Below are positions 1-10,071 of a DNA stretch of 64,000 nucleotides, piece by piece. The number at the start of each line of letters is the position of its first letter. Within the stretch, counting starts at the first letter, position 1. This DNA is from Candidatus Latescibacterota bacterium. Lineage in GTDB: Bacteria > Latescibacterota > UBA2968 > UBA8231. The stretch is from positions 4,800,001 through 4,864,000 of the forward strand of contig OZ253462.1 of assembly GCA_965261395.1 (NCBI GenBank), in the 5' to 3' direction. The position numbers and the translations under genes are program-made. The notes beneath the pieces are model-generated. The model saw only the letters and a list, made by a program, of their open reading frames with translations. It made no database searches and was not told the DNA's origin.

Positions 1-1082
1 TCAATATGGGCATCCCCCCGCAACGCCTTGATGAAGACATCGCGCAAATGCCCCCGTCCCATCCACAGCCCAGAGAGCACCAGTACGATCATGGCCCCCA
101 TGGCTTGGTGGGCCATGTGCGGCCCGACTAGGTTGGCGAAACGGCTCAGGTTTTCCTCACTGTAGATGCCCAGCACATTGAAGACACCTCGCTGCAGAGA
201 GGATAGCAAAAAGAAAAACCAGAACCCTAGGGCAATATCCCGGCTCAATAGGTAGGCAAAGCCGATCAGCGCTAGGTTCATATCTAGGCGGAGGTACGTA
301 GTGCCACGGAAGAGGTGAAAGCCGGTCGAGGTGGTGATGCGAGGCACGAATTCGTAGTAGCTATTCAGGGCATTTATAAGGCCGATAAGGAAGGGGATGG
401 CAAAACCCAGCCACATAGCCGTATTAGAAAAAAAAGGGGCCAGCAGCGTCCGTCTCCCATCACCCTGAATCATCTCTAGGGGAACCTGGGCCAAGGGATA
501 AAGCAGTTTTTCGCTTTCCATCCACTGTCGGCGCACGATCACCATGGCGCAGATGGATACCCAGTAGAAGGCAAGGATGAACAGGCACCAGTAGGTCAAG
601 GGCTCGACCCAAGCACCCCAAGGTAGTGGCCGCCCCTCGGGTAGCCCTTCGTAGAAATAGCGAATAGCGTCGGGGTCCTGGGGGACCATCCACTCGGGCA
701 CATGGGGGTGAATCAAGTCTGCCCAGTTGTTTTCAGGGGTGGCAAAGTAGTAGAGCCCCGTGGTGATGGGCAGAACGTATTCGGTGAAGCCAATCGTGGG
801 GATGGAAGTGGCTACCATCGCCATGATATAGACCACGGCCAATTCCCCTCTCGACAGGGCCAAGCCCCGGTGGAACAGGTGCAACAGTGGATTGAGGAAA
901 AGGACGAGGATGAAGAAGATAAAGAGGGCAACAGGAGTGCTGAAGTTGTGCGCTAGTACCGTCCCCTTGATGACCATATTGGAATAAGGTACGGCAACGC
1001 CGATGAAGATCGAGGCAACGCCGCCGATTAGCAGGGCTTTGAAGGTGACACCGCCGCCCGAGTTTTTCCCCTCAGTTGCCAT
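1..1082 (-). CDS. DUF6785/DUF6784-like multi-pass membrane protein (putative transporter), 3' end runs off the window
   Basis: Not in the ORF track. Reading the minus strand from ATG at 1082 gives MATEGKNSGGGVTFKALLIGGVASIFIGVAVPYSNMVIKGTVLAHNFSTPVALF, a close paralog of 16189..18219 (PYTNMIIKGTVMAHNFSTPAALF). Confidence 0.85.
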   Translation of the reverse strand, partial: MATEGKNSGGGVTFKALLIGGVASIFIGVAVPYSNMVIKGTVLAHNFSTPVALFIFFILVLFLNPLLHLFHRGLALSRGELAVVYIMAMVATSIPTIGFTEYVLPITTGLYYFATPENNWADLIHPHVPEWMVPQDPDAIRYFYEGLPEGRPLPWGAWVEPLTYWCLFILAFYWVSICAMVIVRRQWMESEKLLYPLAQVPLEMIQGDGRRTLLAPFFSNTAMWLGFAIPFLIGLINALNSYYEFVPRITTSTGFHLFRGTTYLRLDMNLALIGFAYLLSRDIALGFWFFFLLSSLQRGVFNVLGIYSEENLSRFANLVGPHMAHQAMGAMIVLVLSGLWMGRGHLRDVFIKALRGDAHI

Positions 1083-1210
1083 GTACCAATCCGTTCCAGC
1101 CGCCGGCGATGGACTTCGTTTGGCACCGAGGTGCCACAGACGGGAGACAGGCAGCCCAAACCTGCCTCATCCCAAGCCCAGTGCTATCAGGGGCCAGATC
1201 GACCGCCTAC

Positions 1211-2593
1211 TCAGTCGGCGTAGTAATAGCCGTAGAGAATCATCATTTCATCGGCGCGCGTGAACCCGAAGTTGAGATTCCGCTCGGTGTCATTGTCGTA
1301 GGTGGCCCTAATCCTGAAGCCTTGGCCCTCTTCGACCATGAGCGGCGGATCGAATCTAAGAGGAGCCGGGTGTTCCCAGTCGTAGCCGATGTAGATCAGT
1401 TCCCCATCCCGGGGTCCGCCGATGAGTTCGGCGGTGAATTCCTCCATGCGGTCATGGGTGTGGGAAACAAGTTGGAAGATGTGCCTGTCCTCCTTAAAGA
1501 TGAACTCTTTCTCTAGGGAAGTGACTTGGCCAGCGGGCAGATCAATATCGAAGTTGCTCAGGGCGAAGACCTCGGCTACCCGTTCTACTTCCGAGGGTTC
1601 AATAAGATGCAGGTTGACAAATACTTCGCCGATCGCGGCCTGATCGGTGGCATTGGCATAGTGGGAGTTCATATCAAGTCCCGTTCCAGCGGGCAGACGC
1701 ATGGCCACGCCGGGAGGCAAGCTGAAGTCAAGGCGCGTAGATTGGGCGATTACGATGGGAACCTGGTACTGCATGACCCGCCAGTCGAACAGATCGTACC
1801 CTTCGGCGTCTTGGTAATTGCCTGCGGTGTCGCGCAGGTCGCGGTAGATCTCTGGCTGGGGAATAACATCGGTCGGGGTGTAGCCGGGAAACTGGTTGAG
1901 GATGAAGTGGTGACTCCCCGATCGCATGGACAATTCAAAGCGATTGACGAAGAGATCCTCGGCGTGGTCGAGGGGCTGATAAAAATAGACCTCGCGCTCG
2001 TACTGGGGTGCCACCTCGAAGGGACCCAAGTAGAGTTGGATGCCATTGAACGGCGGATTTAGCGGCGTGAACTCCGGTACTGCATAGCGCTCCTCGTCCT
2101 GCAGCAGGGCCAAGTCTGCTACCACCCTTTCTTCGGGGGCTCCGGCGCGGATCCACTGGCGTATGAATTCCAGTTGGCCGTTAGTCAGCGGCGGACGACC
2201 CAGCGGCATCTGCTCGCCATAAGTGGGATGATCAGCGTAAAAGTGCTCTTGGTCGGGCGCGTTGATCTTTTCCCATAGATAGCTCTTGAAAAGACCCCCA
2301 AGTCCCTCGTCGCTCAGCAAGACTAAGCCGTCTTGGGCGGCCGCAGCATTGCGCGGTACAGTATTGATCAGTTGGCTATACGCCAAATCTGGAGTCAGAA
2401 CCAAGTCTGACTGCCGAGCGAAGGAGGCACCGGCACTGTGGCAGCTAACGCAGTTGGAGGCGAAGATATCGTGCTGGATCACGTTCCAAGTCGATACTTC
2501 CTGGGGCTCTACCGAGCGGCCGGAATCGCAGCCGCTCAGAGAACAACTCATAGCGCTGAGCAATGCGCTTAGTACAAAGCCGATTCGCCGCAT
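1211..2593 (-). CDS. Lipoprotein: c-type cytochrome domain fused to a copper type II ascorbate-dependent monooxygenase (PHM/DBH-like) domain
   Basis: Lipobox LSGC; CxxCH (CVSCH) with distal QMP; Cu-site motifs SHHF, NSHY, SHTH and DEMM. Start placed at MRRIGF; the ORF is open to 2608. Confidence 0.75.
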   Translation of the reverse strand: MRRIGFVLSALLSAMSCSLSGCDSGRSVEPQEVSTWNVIQHDIFASNCVSCHSAGASFARQSDLVLTPDLAYSQLINTVPRNAAAAQDGLVLLSDEGLGGLFKSYLWEKINAPDQEHFYADHPTYGEQMPLGRPPLTNGQLEFIRQWIRAGAPEERVVADLALLQDEERYAVPEFTPLNPPFNGIQLYLGPFEVAPQYEREVYFYQPLDHAEDLFVNRFELSMRSGSHHFILNQFPGYTPTDVIPQPEIYRDLRDTAGNYQDAEGYDLFDWRVMQYQVPIVIAQSTRLDFSLPPGVAMRLPAGTGLDMNSHYANATDQAAIGEVFVNLHLIEPSEVERVAEVFALSNFDIDLPAGQVTSLEKEFIFKEDRHIFQLVSHTHDRMEEFTAELIGGPRDGELIYIGYDWEHPAPLRFDPPLMVEEGQGFRIRATYDNDTERNLNFGFTRADEMMILYGYYYAD

Positions 2594-3010
2594 AGCTATC
2601 CTCCACAAGTGCGGGGATAATAAGATGATAGGCCAATGCCACAGACGTGCGAGAAAATCACTAGCCTACGTCTGTTAACCTATTATATTCCAGATACCAC
2701 CATTTTGGGAGATTGTCAAGTTTTACTGCGTGGCCAAGATCTCTGGGTGCCGATTTGCCGCAACTTTTTAGTTAGCCCAAGCGAGGTCTTTGTTATCCGT
2801 GAGCAGATAGAGCGAGCAATTTTGATTGATATACTCGTTGATTTCTTGTAGTATTTTCTCTTCTGCATGGATAATCGCTATTTTGTTTTCGAATATTCAA
2901 CTTTTCACAATCTGGGCCGAATTGCGGATCTTTTGAAGATGCCATTCGTCGCTCTGCAATGGCTCCTGTGATTTTCGCCCTTCCACAATAGCGAGATCAA
3001 TGCCCACCCT

Positions 3011-4897
3011 ATGGCTGACTTATCTCGTTTGTTGATCTGGAGCCTCTCCTTGTGGACTGGTTTCGCGGCCGGACCGGCCTCCGGGTTGGTTATCTACCGA
3101 TTGGGCGGCGAAGCATTGGCCCCGCCTCCAGAAGCAGGCCATGAAGGCGTGGAATTCATCCAACTAAACTGGACGGATTTCAATCCTCCCCTAGGCGGGG
3201 CCGCCATTGATTTGGATATAGACACCGCCGCTATCCGGCCTCTCAAACGCGATCCGAATTTCAATATAGCCCCCGGCATTGAAGCAAATGGAGGGGAGCA
3301 CGTCAGGCCCAATGTGAATGTGGAAGTATGGGATGGAGATGTCAGTACGGCTTGGGTGGCGGCCAGTTATCTGTGCGGCGCACTCAGCAGGTTTTTCTGC
3401 GTAGATGATTTTGGCCGACAGGGCACGGCTAATATCAACCTAGGCAATCCCTATCTTATTGACCGGGTGCGGATTATATCCGGCCTGACCGATCCGAGCA
3501 AAATAGTGCGGACGGTCCGCATTTACATCGCGCCGGAGTTGCCTTGGAAAAAAAGAACTCTCATTGATCATCCCCCGCCGTATTCACCCTGGGTCGTCGA
3601 GGTGCGGGACAATCGAGAGCAGATCATCGACATTCCCCTCCCCCCACAAGAGGGAACGACCTTTGTGCAGGTAGCCGCCAGCGAGCACGGCGAGGACTGG
3701 GAAGTAAACGAGATAGAAATCTACGCCAAAGGGCTAGTCAAAAAGGCCAGCTACATCTCGAACATTCTCGATTTTGGTCAGCCGATGGCCTGGGGCGACC
3801 TGCGCTGGTCCGGACGCCAAGACCCCAAAGCCCGCATCCTCATCCAATCCCGATCCGGACAAGACCAAGACCCCGACCTGTTCTGGCGCTTCACCGGACG
3901 AGGCGACGAAAAAATACCCGTCAGCCGTTCCGAATACGCCGACTTGGCCGTAGGCGAAAAAGCCGGCACCGGCTACGATCAAGCCAACTGGACCTTCTGG
4001 TCGGCCCCCTACGCCTTTGCCGACAGCAGTGGCACCCCCATCGTGTCGCTAAGCCCACGACGCTATCTCCAACTCAAAGTCGACTTTCTGCCTCAAGACG
4101 ACGACGGCGGACAGGTGGACTTTCTCGAAGTGCGCGCTTCCCCGCCGGTGGCCACGCAGTTGATCGGCGAGGTCTGGCCCGTCGAGGTCGCTGTGGGCCA
4201 GCCGCAGCAGTTTACCTATGTGGTGCGACCAACCTTGGGGGGTGACAGTGGAGGCTTTGACCGGTTGGAGGTGGCTACAGCGGCACGGCTGGGGACCGTA
4301 ACCCAAGTGCGCATGGGCGATGAGCCGGTCGACTATGCGGTGGAGGTGGCTGAACTGCACCGGGTGGTGGTGAGTTTCCCCCGGCTGACAGCTCAGGATT
4401 CGGGTGCTTTGGTGGAGGTAGTCTTCGAGGCGGAGGTATTGCGCTATGGCTCTACTTTTTCGGTGCGGGTGTGGGACAGTGCCCAGCCGTTGGAGGTGCC
4501 CCAGAGCGTGCAGGAGGGTGATGCCAGTCCAGCCTATGAGGGCAATCGGGTGTGGGTAGCCACCAAGGCGGAGCATCAGGGGGTGTTGCAGGTGGGTCGG
4601 CAGCCAGTGGTCTTGACGCCCAATGGGGATGGGCGCAACGACGCGGTGGGGTTGGGATATCGTTTGGTAGAGTTGACGGGTCGGTCCTGGGTGACGGTGG
4701 CGGTGTGGGATTTGTCGGGTCGCCGGGTTCGTCAGGTGTATGCGGGGTTGGATGGTGTGGGTGCGTATGAGCGGGTGTGGGATGGTCGGGACGAGTCGGG
4801 TCGGCTGGTGTCGCCGGGCCTTTACCTCTACCGCGTCTCCGTCGAAGCCGACCACCAAACCGTCTCGGCCGTAAAACCACTACAGGTCGCCTATTAA
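3011..4897 (+). CDS. Secreted protein with discoidin-like domain, Ig-like domains and C-terminal FlgD/CHU_C-like Ig tail (family A)
   Basis: 628 aa; signal peptide; LTPNGDGRND...VWDLSGRRVR...WDGRDESGRLVSPGLYLYRV; ends VAY. Confidence 0.85.
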   Translation: MADLSRLLIWSLSLWTGFAAGPASGLVIYRLGGEALAPPPEAGHEGVEFIQLNWTDFNPPLGGAAIDLDIDTAAIRPLKRDPNFNIAPGIEANGGEHVRPNVNVEVWDGDVSTAWVAASYLCGALSRFFCVDDFGRQGTANINLGNPYLIDRVRIISGLTDPSKIVRTVRIYIAPELPWKKRTLIDHPPPYSPWVVEVRDNREQIIDIPLPPQEGTTFVQVAASEHGEDWEVNEIEIYAKGLVKKASYISNILDFGQPMAWGDLRWSGRQDPKARILIQSRSGQDQDPDLFWRFTGRGDEKIPVSRSEYADLAVGEKAGTGYDQANWTFWSAPYAFADSSGTPIVSLSPRRYLQLKVDFLPQDDDGGQVDFLEVRASPPVATQLIGEVWPVEVAVGQPQQFTYVVRPTLGGDSGGFDRLEVATAARLGTVTQVRMGDEPVDYAVEVAELHRVVVSFPRLTAQDSGALVEVVFEAEVLRYGSTFSVRVWDSAQPLEVPQSVQEGDASPAYEGNRVWVATKAEHQGVLQVGRQPVVLTPNGDGRNDAVGLGYRLVELTGRSWVTVAVWDLSGRRVRQVYAGLDGVGAYERVWDGRDESGRLVSPGLYLYRVSVEADHQTVSAVKPLQVAY

Positions 4898-4938
4898 CAA
4901 GGCGTTTTGTACGAATCTAATTAGAGATTGGTTCTCCC

Positions 4939-7142
4939 ATGCAAGCGGACTTTAGTTCGAATTTACGCTCATATCTGATTATAGGGGTCTTGCTCTCCGT
5001 CTACGGGTCTGTGGGTACAGGAGCCACCAAGGAGTTGATCATTCTCGGCGGCGAGGAAGGCCGACCTTGGCAAGAAGGAGGAGGAGGATTAGATCCGGTG
5101 ATCATCTTAGGGCCCCAGGAGGTGACAAACGAAAACGTACCTGGGGGGGTTATCGACTTTTCTGCGCGGGAGGGATGGATTTTTCCCGAAAAGGCCGACC
5201 AAACTGACAACATCGCCTTACAACTGCGAGACCGAGGTGGATCTGTAACCGCGCCCACTGTTCTCACAGATCTAGCGGCAGACCTGTTAAAAATGATAGA
5301 CAATAATGCCAGCTCGGCCTTTGAAAGGAAAAGCGCTCCTGGTCGGAATGTCCGGGCGCTGGGCGTGGTCCTCCAGTTCGACCTAGGAGCGCGATTTGGT
5401 GTGAGTCGCATCCGCTTCTTCCCCAGGAACGCCGCTCCAGATTTTCTCGCTCCAGATTTTCCCTTTCAAGACGATTATATGAGGGCCTATGAGATTTTTC
5501 TCAACGACGGCACGCGAGAAACACTAGCCGCCGGCCTGCCGGTATTCACCAGCGTTCTGCTCGTACTGCAGAACGACCAACCGGTAGTAGATGTGCAGAT
5601 AGAGCCCCAGTACGTGCGCTATCTCCAGCTAAAATCCCAGACCACAGTGGGCTTTGAAATAGGAGAGTTCCAAGTCTTCGGAGAGGGTTTCGTGCCCACG
5701 GCGGAGTATCATTCGGATATATTCGATCTGGGAGAAAATTTGGCCCTTTGGGGAAATCTGCGCTGGGAGGAGGAGAGCCAAGGCGACCCGATCCGCTCCC
5801 AAGTGCCCATCAGCACTAGGAGCGGCTTTGATGATTCTCCAGTCGTGTTCAATCGCCTCCGCAGCGACCTCGACGGGGCCGAAGTGGCTTGGAAGACGGC
5901 CGATGAATTCGACGAAGGCAGCCAAGCGTGGGAAATCGTCAGTCAACTCGACGCGCCCGATTTCGATATAAAGCAGGCTCGGCAGTTCTACAAAGATTTG
6001 CCCCTCGATAGGAGGAATGAGATATCGCTGACCCAATCCGACTACAATAAACTGAGGTCGGGCAACAAGGGCTCGGTGCGGGACGACTTGGAAAACTGGA
6101 GCGCTTGGTCGCCGCCCTATGCGGCTACGGGTATAACTAGCGCCGATGAAGTATCCGCAGGGATGGGCGGAGTGCCCATCGTTTCGCCCGGTCCAGGGCG
6201 TTACTTTCAGTTCAAAGTGGATTATTTGAGTGAAGATCTCTTTTCGGCCAAAGGCATCGGTTCACTGTCCCTCGATTTTTCCAGGCCGGTACTGGCCGCA
6301 GAGATCGTGGGAGAGATCACCCCACGCCAAGCGGATCTGGGGCAAAAAACAGCTTTTTCCTTGGCACTCATTCCGATATGCGGCCCGAAATCGATCAGGG
6401 CTTCAGTTCCCTCGAAATCAGCACACCCGTAAAAGTGGACGCAGTAGATCGGATTGGCATGTCGCTACCGGATGGATCCCGCCTCGAACAAGATTTCTCG
6501 GATTCGGACCTGAGCGACCTGCCGGTGGAACGCGGGGATTTCCGCATTGATTTGGTCGAGGAAGATCGCTTCCAGATTAGTTTCCCCAAAGTAGAGAATA
6601 GTCGCATAGAAGTGGGACAGATGACCGTCTTGGAAGTGGTTTTCCAATGCGTAGTGCTGCGGACTGGAACCGCCTTTTCCCCCCTAGCCCTGTCCGAAAC
6701 CCCCGGCGAAGTTCCACAACGGGTAGTGGGAGGCAATGTCTTTTACTTGAGCCAAGAAAGTTCCAATGCCACTCTCATTCGCGACCCGGGAAATCTGGTG
6801 GTGCAAGTGGCGAAAAAAGGGGACTTGCTGATCAACGTCAACGCCGTACCAGCAGTCTTTACGCCCAATGGGGATCAGATCAACGATATTGCGCAGATAC
6901 ATTTTGATATCACCGATCTCATCAGCGGGGCCGGCGTAGCGCTGCGGATATACGACTTGTCTGGTGGCATGGTGCGGGAAGTCTATCGCGGAATCGACCA
7001 GAGTGGTCGCTTCACCAAGACGTGGGACGGTACCGATGGCCGAGGTAACACCGTGCCGCCTGGCCTCTACATTTTCAACATTGATTTGGACACCGACGGC
7101 GGCAAGGCCGAGGCGAGCGGCCTCATAGGCGTGGCCTATTGA
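4939..7142 (+). pseudogene. Family A FlgD-tail protein with a single -1 frameshift near 6373-6377 (real lesion or sequencing error)
   Basis: ORF 4939..6432 matches paralogs up to FSLALIP. ORF 6378..7142 continues the paralog alignment (GFSSLEISTP...FTPNGDQIND...GVAY). Adding one base gives 734 aa. Confidence 0.75.
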
Positions 7143-7201
7143 AGGCTGGACCGGGGTATGGATTGCTTCTGAGAAGCGCTTGCTAACGGGAGGGACACCT
7201 G

Positions 7202-9982
7202 ATGGTAGATACAGGTTACAGAGTATGGATAGCACTGTGGATAGTCGCGGCTTTGAGTACGACGGCTTTTCCCCAAGACTACAACAACCGCCTTGGGCAG
7301 CAAAGGGGTGGCAAGGTCACCTTTGAACCCTTGGGACCAGGGGTGTTTTTCGATGCCCTTGATCCCACAGTGAAACGGTGGTATGTCCCCCAAGAACTCT
7401 ACCACGATTACCGCTTCCAGACTTGGGAATACTCCAACTATGCCCGAGATCGCTATGAGCGCTACGTCAACACTACTCGGGAAGGCGAATATTTCTACGA
7501 CACGTTCGGCAATTTCGTCAACCGGGGATGGCTCATCTACGACTGGCGTCAGGAAGCCTTGACCCCTTTGGGCAGTTCCATCTACCAAGATTCGAGGTAT
7601 CAGGGTTGGTTCAACCAAGTGTTGATCGCCGCGGATTCAAAAGGCGGTGCTCTCTACTCCATAACTACAGGGGATCAGATACGCACCACGCTCACCCCCA
7701 TGACCTTTTCCAAGCCGGCATTCAACGGCATTCAGCTAGATTTCGCCGCCGATAAATACGCTGGCACGCTCCTCCTTTCAAGGATTAGTAGCCCAGTCAG
7801 GTCGTCCGTCTCCAGTGCCGATACCCGGACCAATGCCACCAATCTGATCGGCGGCCGGGCCCTAGCCCAGGTGGGCGATTTCGTCACCGTCGGCGCGACT
7901 TGGGTCAATGCCCACAACACCCGTACCACGCTGGGCTCCAGCAACCCCACCAAGGGCACACTGGGCGACGGGCAGGCCAGAGTGCCTATCAACGCTATCG
8001 CCCTCGTGCTCAGCGATGATTCTCCCGAAGACGGGGAGGGAGGAACCGCGCTCTTTTCCCACGATTTAGTCGTGGTGCGCGAAGATTTCCAAAACGGAAT
8101 CCGCGAAACGCTCAGCCTTGCCGACCTAACCAACGATCCAACGCGCTGGCCAGTCATAGAAGGCGGTTTTCGGGAAGAGGGTTTCTTGGCCGCCAACGGC
8201 ATTCAGCGGATCATCATCAACTACGATTTTAACGATCCGGCCTATATCGGTCCCGACCCGACTGAGATCGTAAAAATGACCTTTGATTTGGTACTGGCCA
8301 ACGACTACAAAGTCGAGGTGTGGTCCGACCGCCAGACCGGGCAGGAAACCCCGCCGGAAGCGCCTCTGACTAGAGCGATCCTCGACGAGAGGAATCCGGT
8401 CTTACTCGAGATCGCCCGTGCGCTCGACAATACCAAGGACGGCTCCAACCGGAGAAGGCTGGTTTTCGACTACGGCCTACCCACTGCCACGCAGATTTAT
8501 GGCTTTACCATTGAGGCGCAGGACATCCTAGGTTTCAACTTCTACGGCGAGTACGACATCAACCATAAATTCAGGCAGTATCCCAACCTAGCCTTGTTTA
8601 CCGACGACCGTTCCTTTGAGGACGCTTCGACCCGAGCGGATGCTTGGATGATGAACCTCTCCTTTCAGGATTATCCTTGGTTCTTCTTCGGCGAGGCCTT
8701 TTCCATGGACCACGACTACTCCACTAGTTCCTTCCTACTCAACCAAAATGGCGATATCAACTACGACCAGCCTTCCCAGTTTTTCTACGAGTTCGTCGAA
8801 GACAACGACGATCAGGATCGCACTCCCGATTGGCAGCGAGGCGGTCAGCCGGGTCCCGATTTTTCTATTTTCCCCGGCTGGGACGAAAACAACGACTTCG
8901 TAAGCGATTTCAACCAGAATGACAATCGGACAATCAGCAATCGCATCCCCGATTACGACGAGCCCTTTCTCAGGTATGAGGTCGACCGGCCGGAATTTCT
9001 CTTTGGCATTGACTTGAACAACAACGACTGGATTGACCGTTTCGAGAACGACGACGAGCCAGATTTTCCCTACAAGAGGGACCACAGAGGCTACAATGCC
9101 TATTCCGGCGCTCATGTCATCCCAGGTGTCAGGGTGAGCGTGGGACAGACCCGCGAGGAACTGCTCTCCTCTGAGCGAGAGAATACGACTACCTACGGGC
9201 TGGCGACCGTGGATGGGAATTGGGCCGGTCTAGGGCGCTTGCGGGTGTTCGATATGGTAAAACGAGCCAAAGACACCATCCCCGATGACCGCCGTGCGCC
9301 CCAGGGATTTCTCTTGGCGGGTCTGCCCGCCAAGGTCGCCGATATTCTGCCCGCCCAGGATACCTGGGTGAACTCCCTGTTTATCGGATTCGACTATACG
9401 CGGATTCCGCAACTGAACATCCGCAATAAGATCAAATACGATCTGTACGTTCAGCGCAGCGATGATCTCAGGGCTTTGGACAGAAGTCCACTTCACGATA
9501 GGTCGTCCTTCCTCGGGCTTATCAACAAAGTGGATTATACCTACCGCCTTGAAGGTCTGAGCATTCAGCCGCGCTTCAAAAGCCAGTACTTGAAGCGCAC
9601 ACCATTCTTGCGCCGCGAGGCAGATATCGAGGAATGGGATGGATTCTTGTCGGTGATCCTCAAATTCCCCGTGCTGAGGCATTCGATGATTGAAATGGGC
9701 ACGGAGTTCAGACAGCTAAGAGAATTGAAGGCAGACGAAGATGCCTTGGTCCAGGAGAGCGTAGTGGGACCGACGGGAGATCTAAACGAGACTAACCTAG
9801 CCGTTCAGTGGTCAACCAAGACGGATTACCTAGGGTACGTATTACTGCTACAGACAGGGTTCCGACTGTCTAGGAAATCCTTAGAGACCATCGAGATTAT
9901 GGATCTGGAGGTCGACAAAAAGTCCACCATCGAGACTGGCACCACCACCTTCATAACCATCTACGCCGGGGTGGAACAGTAA
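7202..9982 (+). CDS. Uncharacterised ~900-aa secreted protein, probable outer-membrane protein with acidic Ca-binding-like loops (family B)
   Basis: 926 aa; signal peptide; shares PQELY, TTLTPMTF, DDSP, YGLPTA, DNDDQD, NNDFxSDFNQN and PDYxEPFLRY with 10072..12849 and 56930..59599. Confidence 0.85.
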   Translation: MVDTGYRVWIALWIVAALSTTAFPQDYNNRLGQQRGGKVTFEPLGPGVFFDALDPTVKRWYVPQELYHDYRFQTWEYSNYARDRYERYVNTTREGEYFYDTFGNFVNRGWLIYDWRQEALTPLGSSIYQDSRYQGWFNQVLIAADSKGGALYSITTGDQIRTTLTPMTFSKPAFNGIQLDFAADKYAGTLLLSRISSPVRSSVSSADTRTNATNLIGGRALAQVGDFVTVGATWVNAHNTRTTLGSSNPTKGTLGDGQARVPINAIALVLSDDSPEDGEGGTALFSHDLVVVREDFQNGIRETLSLADLTNDPTRWPVIEGGFREEGFLAANGIQRIIINYDFNDPAYIGPDPTEIVKMTFDLVLANDYKVEVWSDRQTGQETPPEAPLTRAILDERNPVLLEIARALDNTKDGSNRRRLVFDYGLPTATQIYGFTIEAQDILGFNFYGEYDINHKFRQYPNLALFTDDRSFEDASTRADAWMMNLSFQDYPWFFFGEAFSMDHDYSTSSFLLNQNGDINYDQPSQFFYEFVEDNDDQDRTPDWQRGGQPGPDFSIFPGWDENNDFVSDFNQNDNRTISNRIPDYDEPFLRYEVDRPEFLFGIDLNNNDWIDRFENDDEPDFPYKRDHRGYNAYSGAHVIPGVRVSVGQTREELLSSERENTTTYGLATVDGNWAGLGRLRVFDMVKRAKDTIPDDRRAPQGFLLAGLPAKVADILPAQDTWVNSLFIGFDYTRIPQLNIRNKIKYDLYVQRSDDLRALDRSPLHDRSSFLGLINKVDYTYRLEGLSIQPRFKSQYLKRTPFLRREADIEEWDGFLSVILKFPVLRHSMIEMGTEFRQLRELKADEDALVQESVVGPTGDLNETNLAVQWSTKTDYLGYVLLLQTGFRLSRKSLETIEIMDLEVDKKSTIETGTTTFITIYAGVEQ

Positions 9983-10071
9983 ATGGCAGGCGCTGATTAC
10001 ACCTGTGGAGCAAGCGAGAATTTTGCTTTGAGCACTCCGTCCTTTTGCGCACAGTCCAATAGGAGGGATCC

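Noticed and set aside
2682-2719. TTGACA and TATAAT on the minus strand upstream of the monooxygenase
   Set aside because: They are 26 nt apart, too far for one sigma70 promoter.
4049-4880. His/Pro/Thr-rich minus-strand ORFs
   Set aside because: By-products of the G/T-rich segment of the family A gene.
6341-6352. A6C run as a programmed frameshift site for the split family A gene
   Set aside because: Paralog alignment holds in the original frame through FSLALIP, about 25 nt past the run, so the shift is downstream of it.
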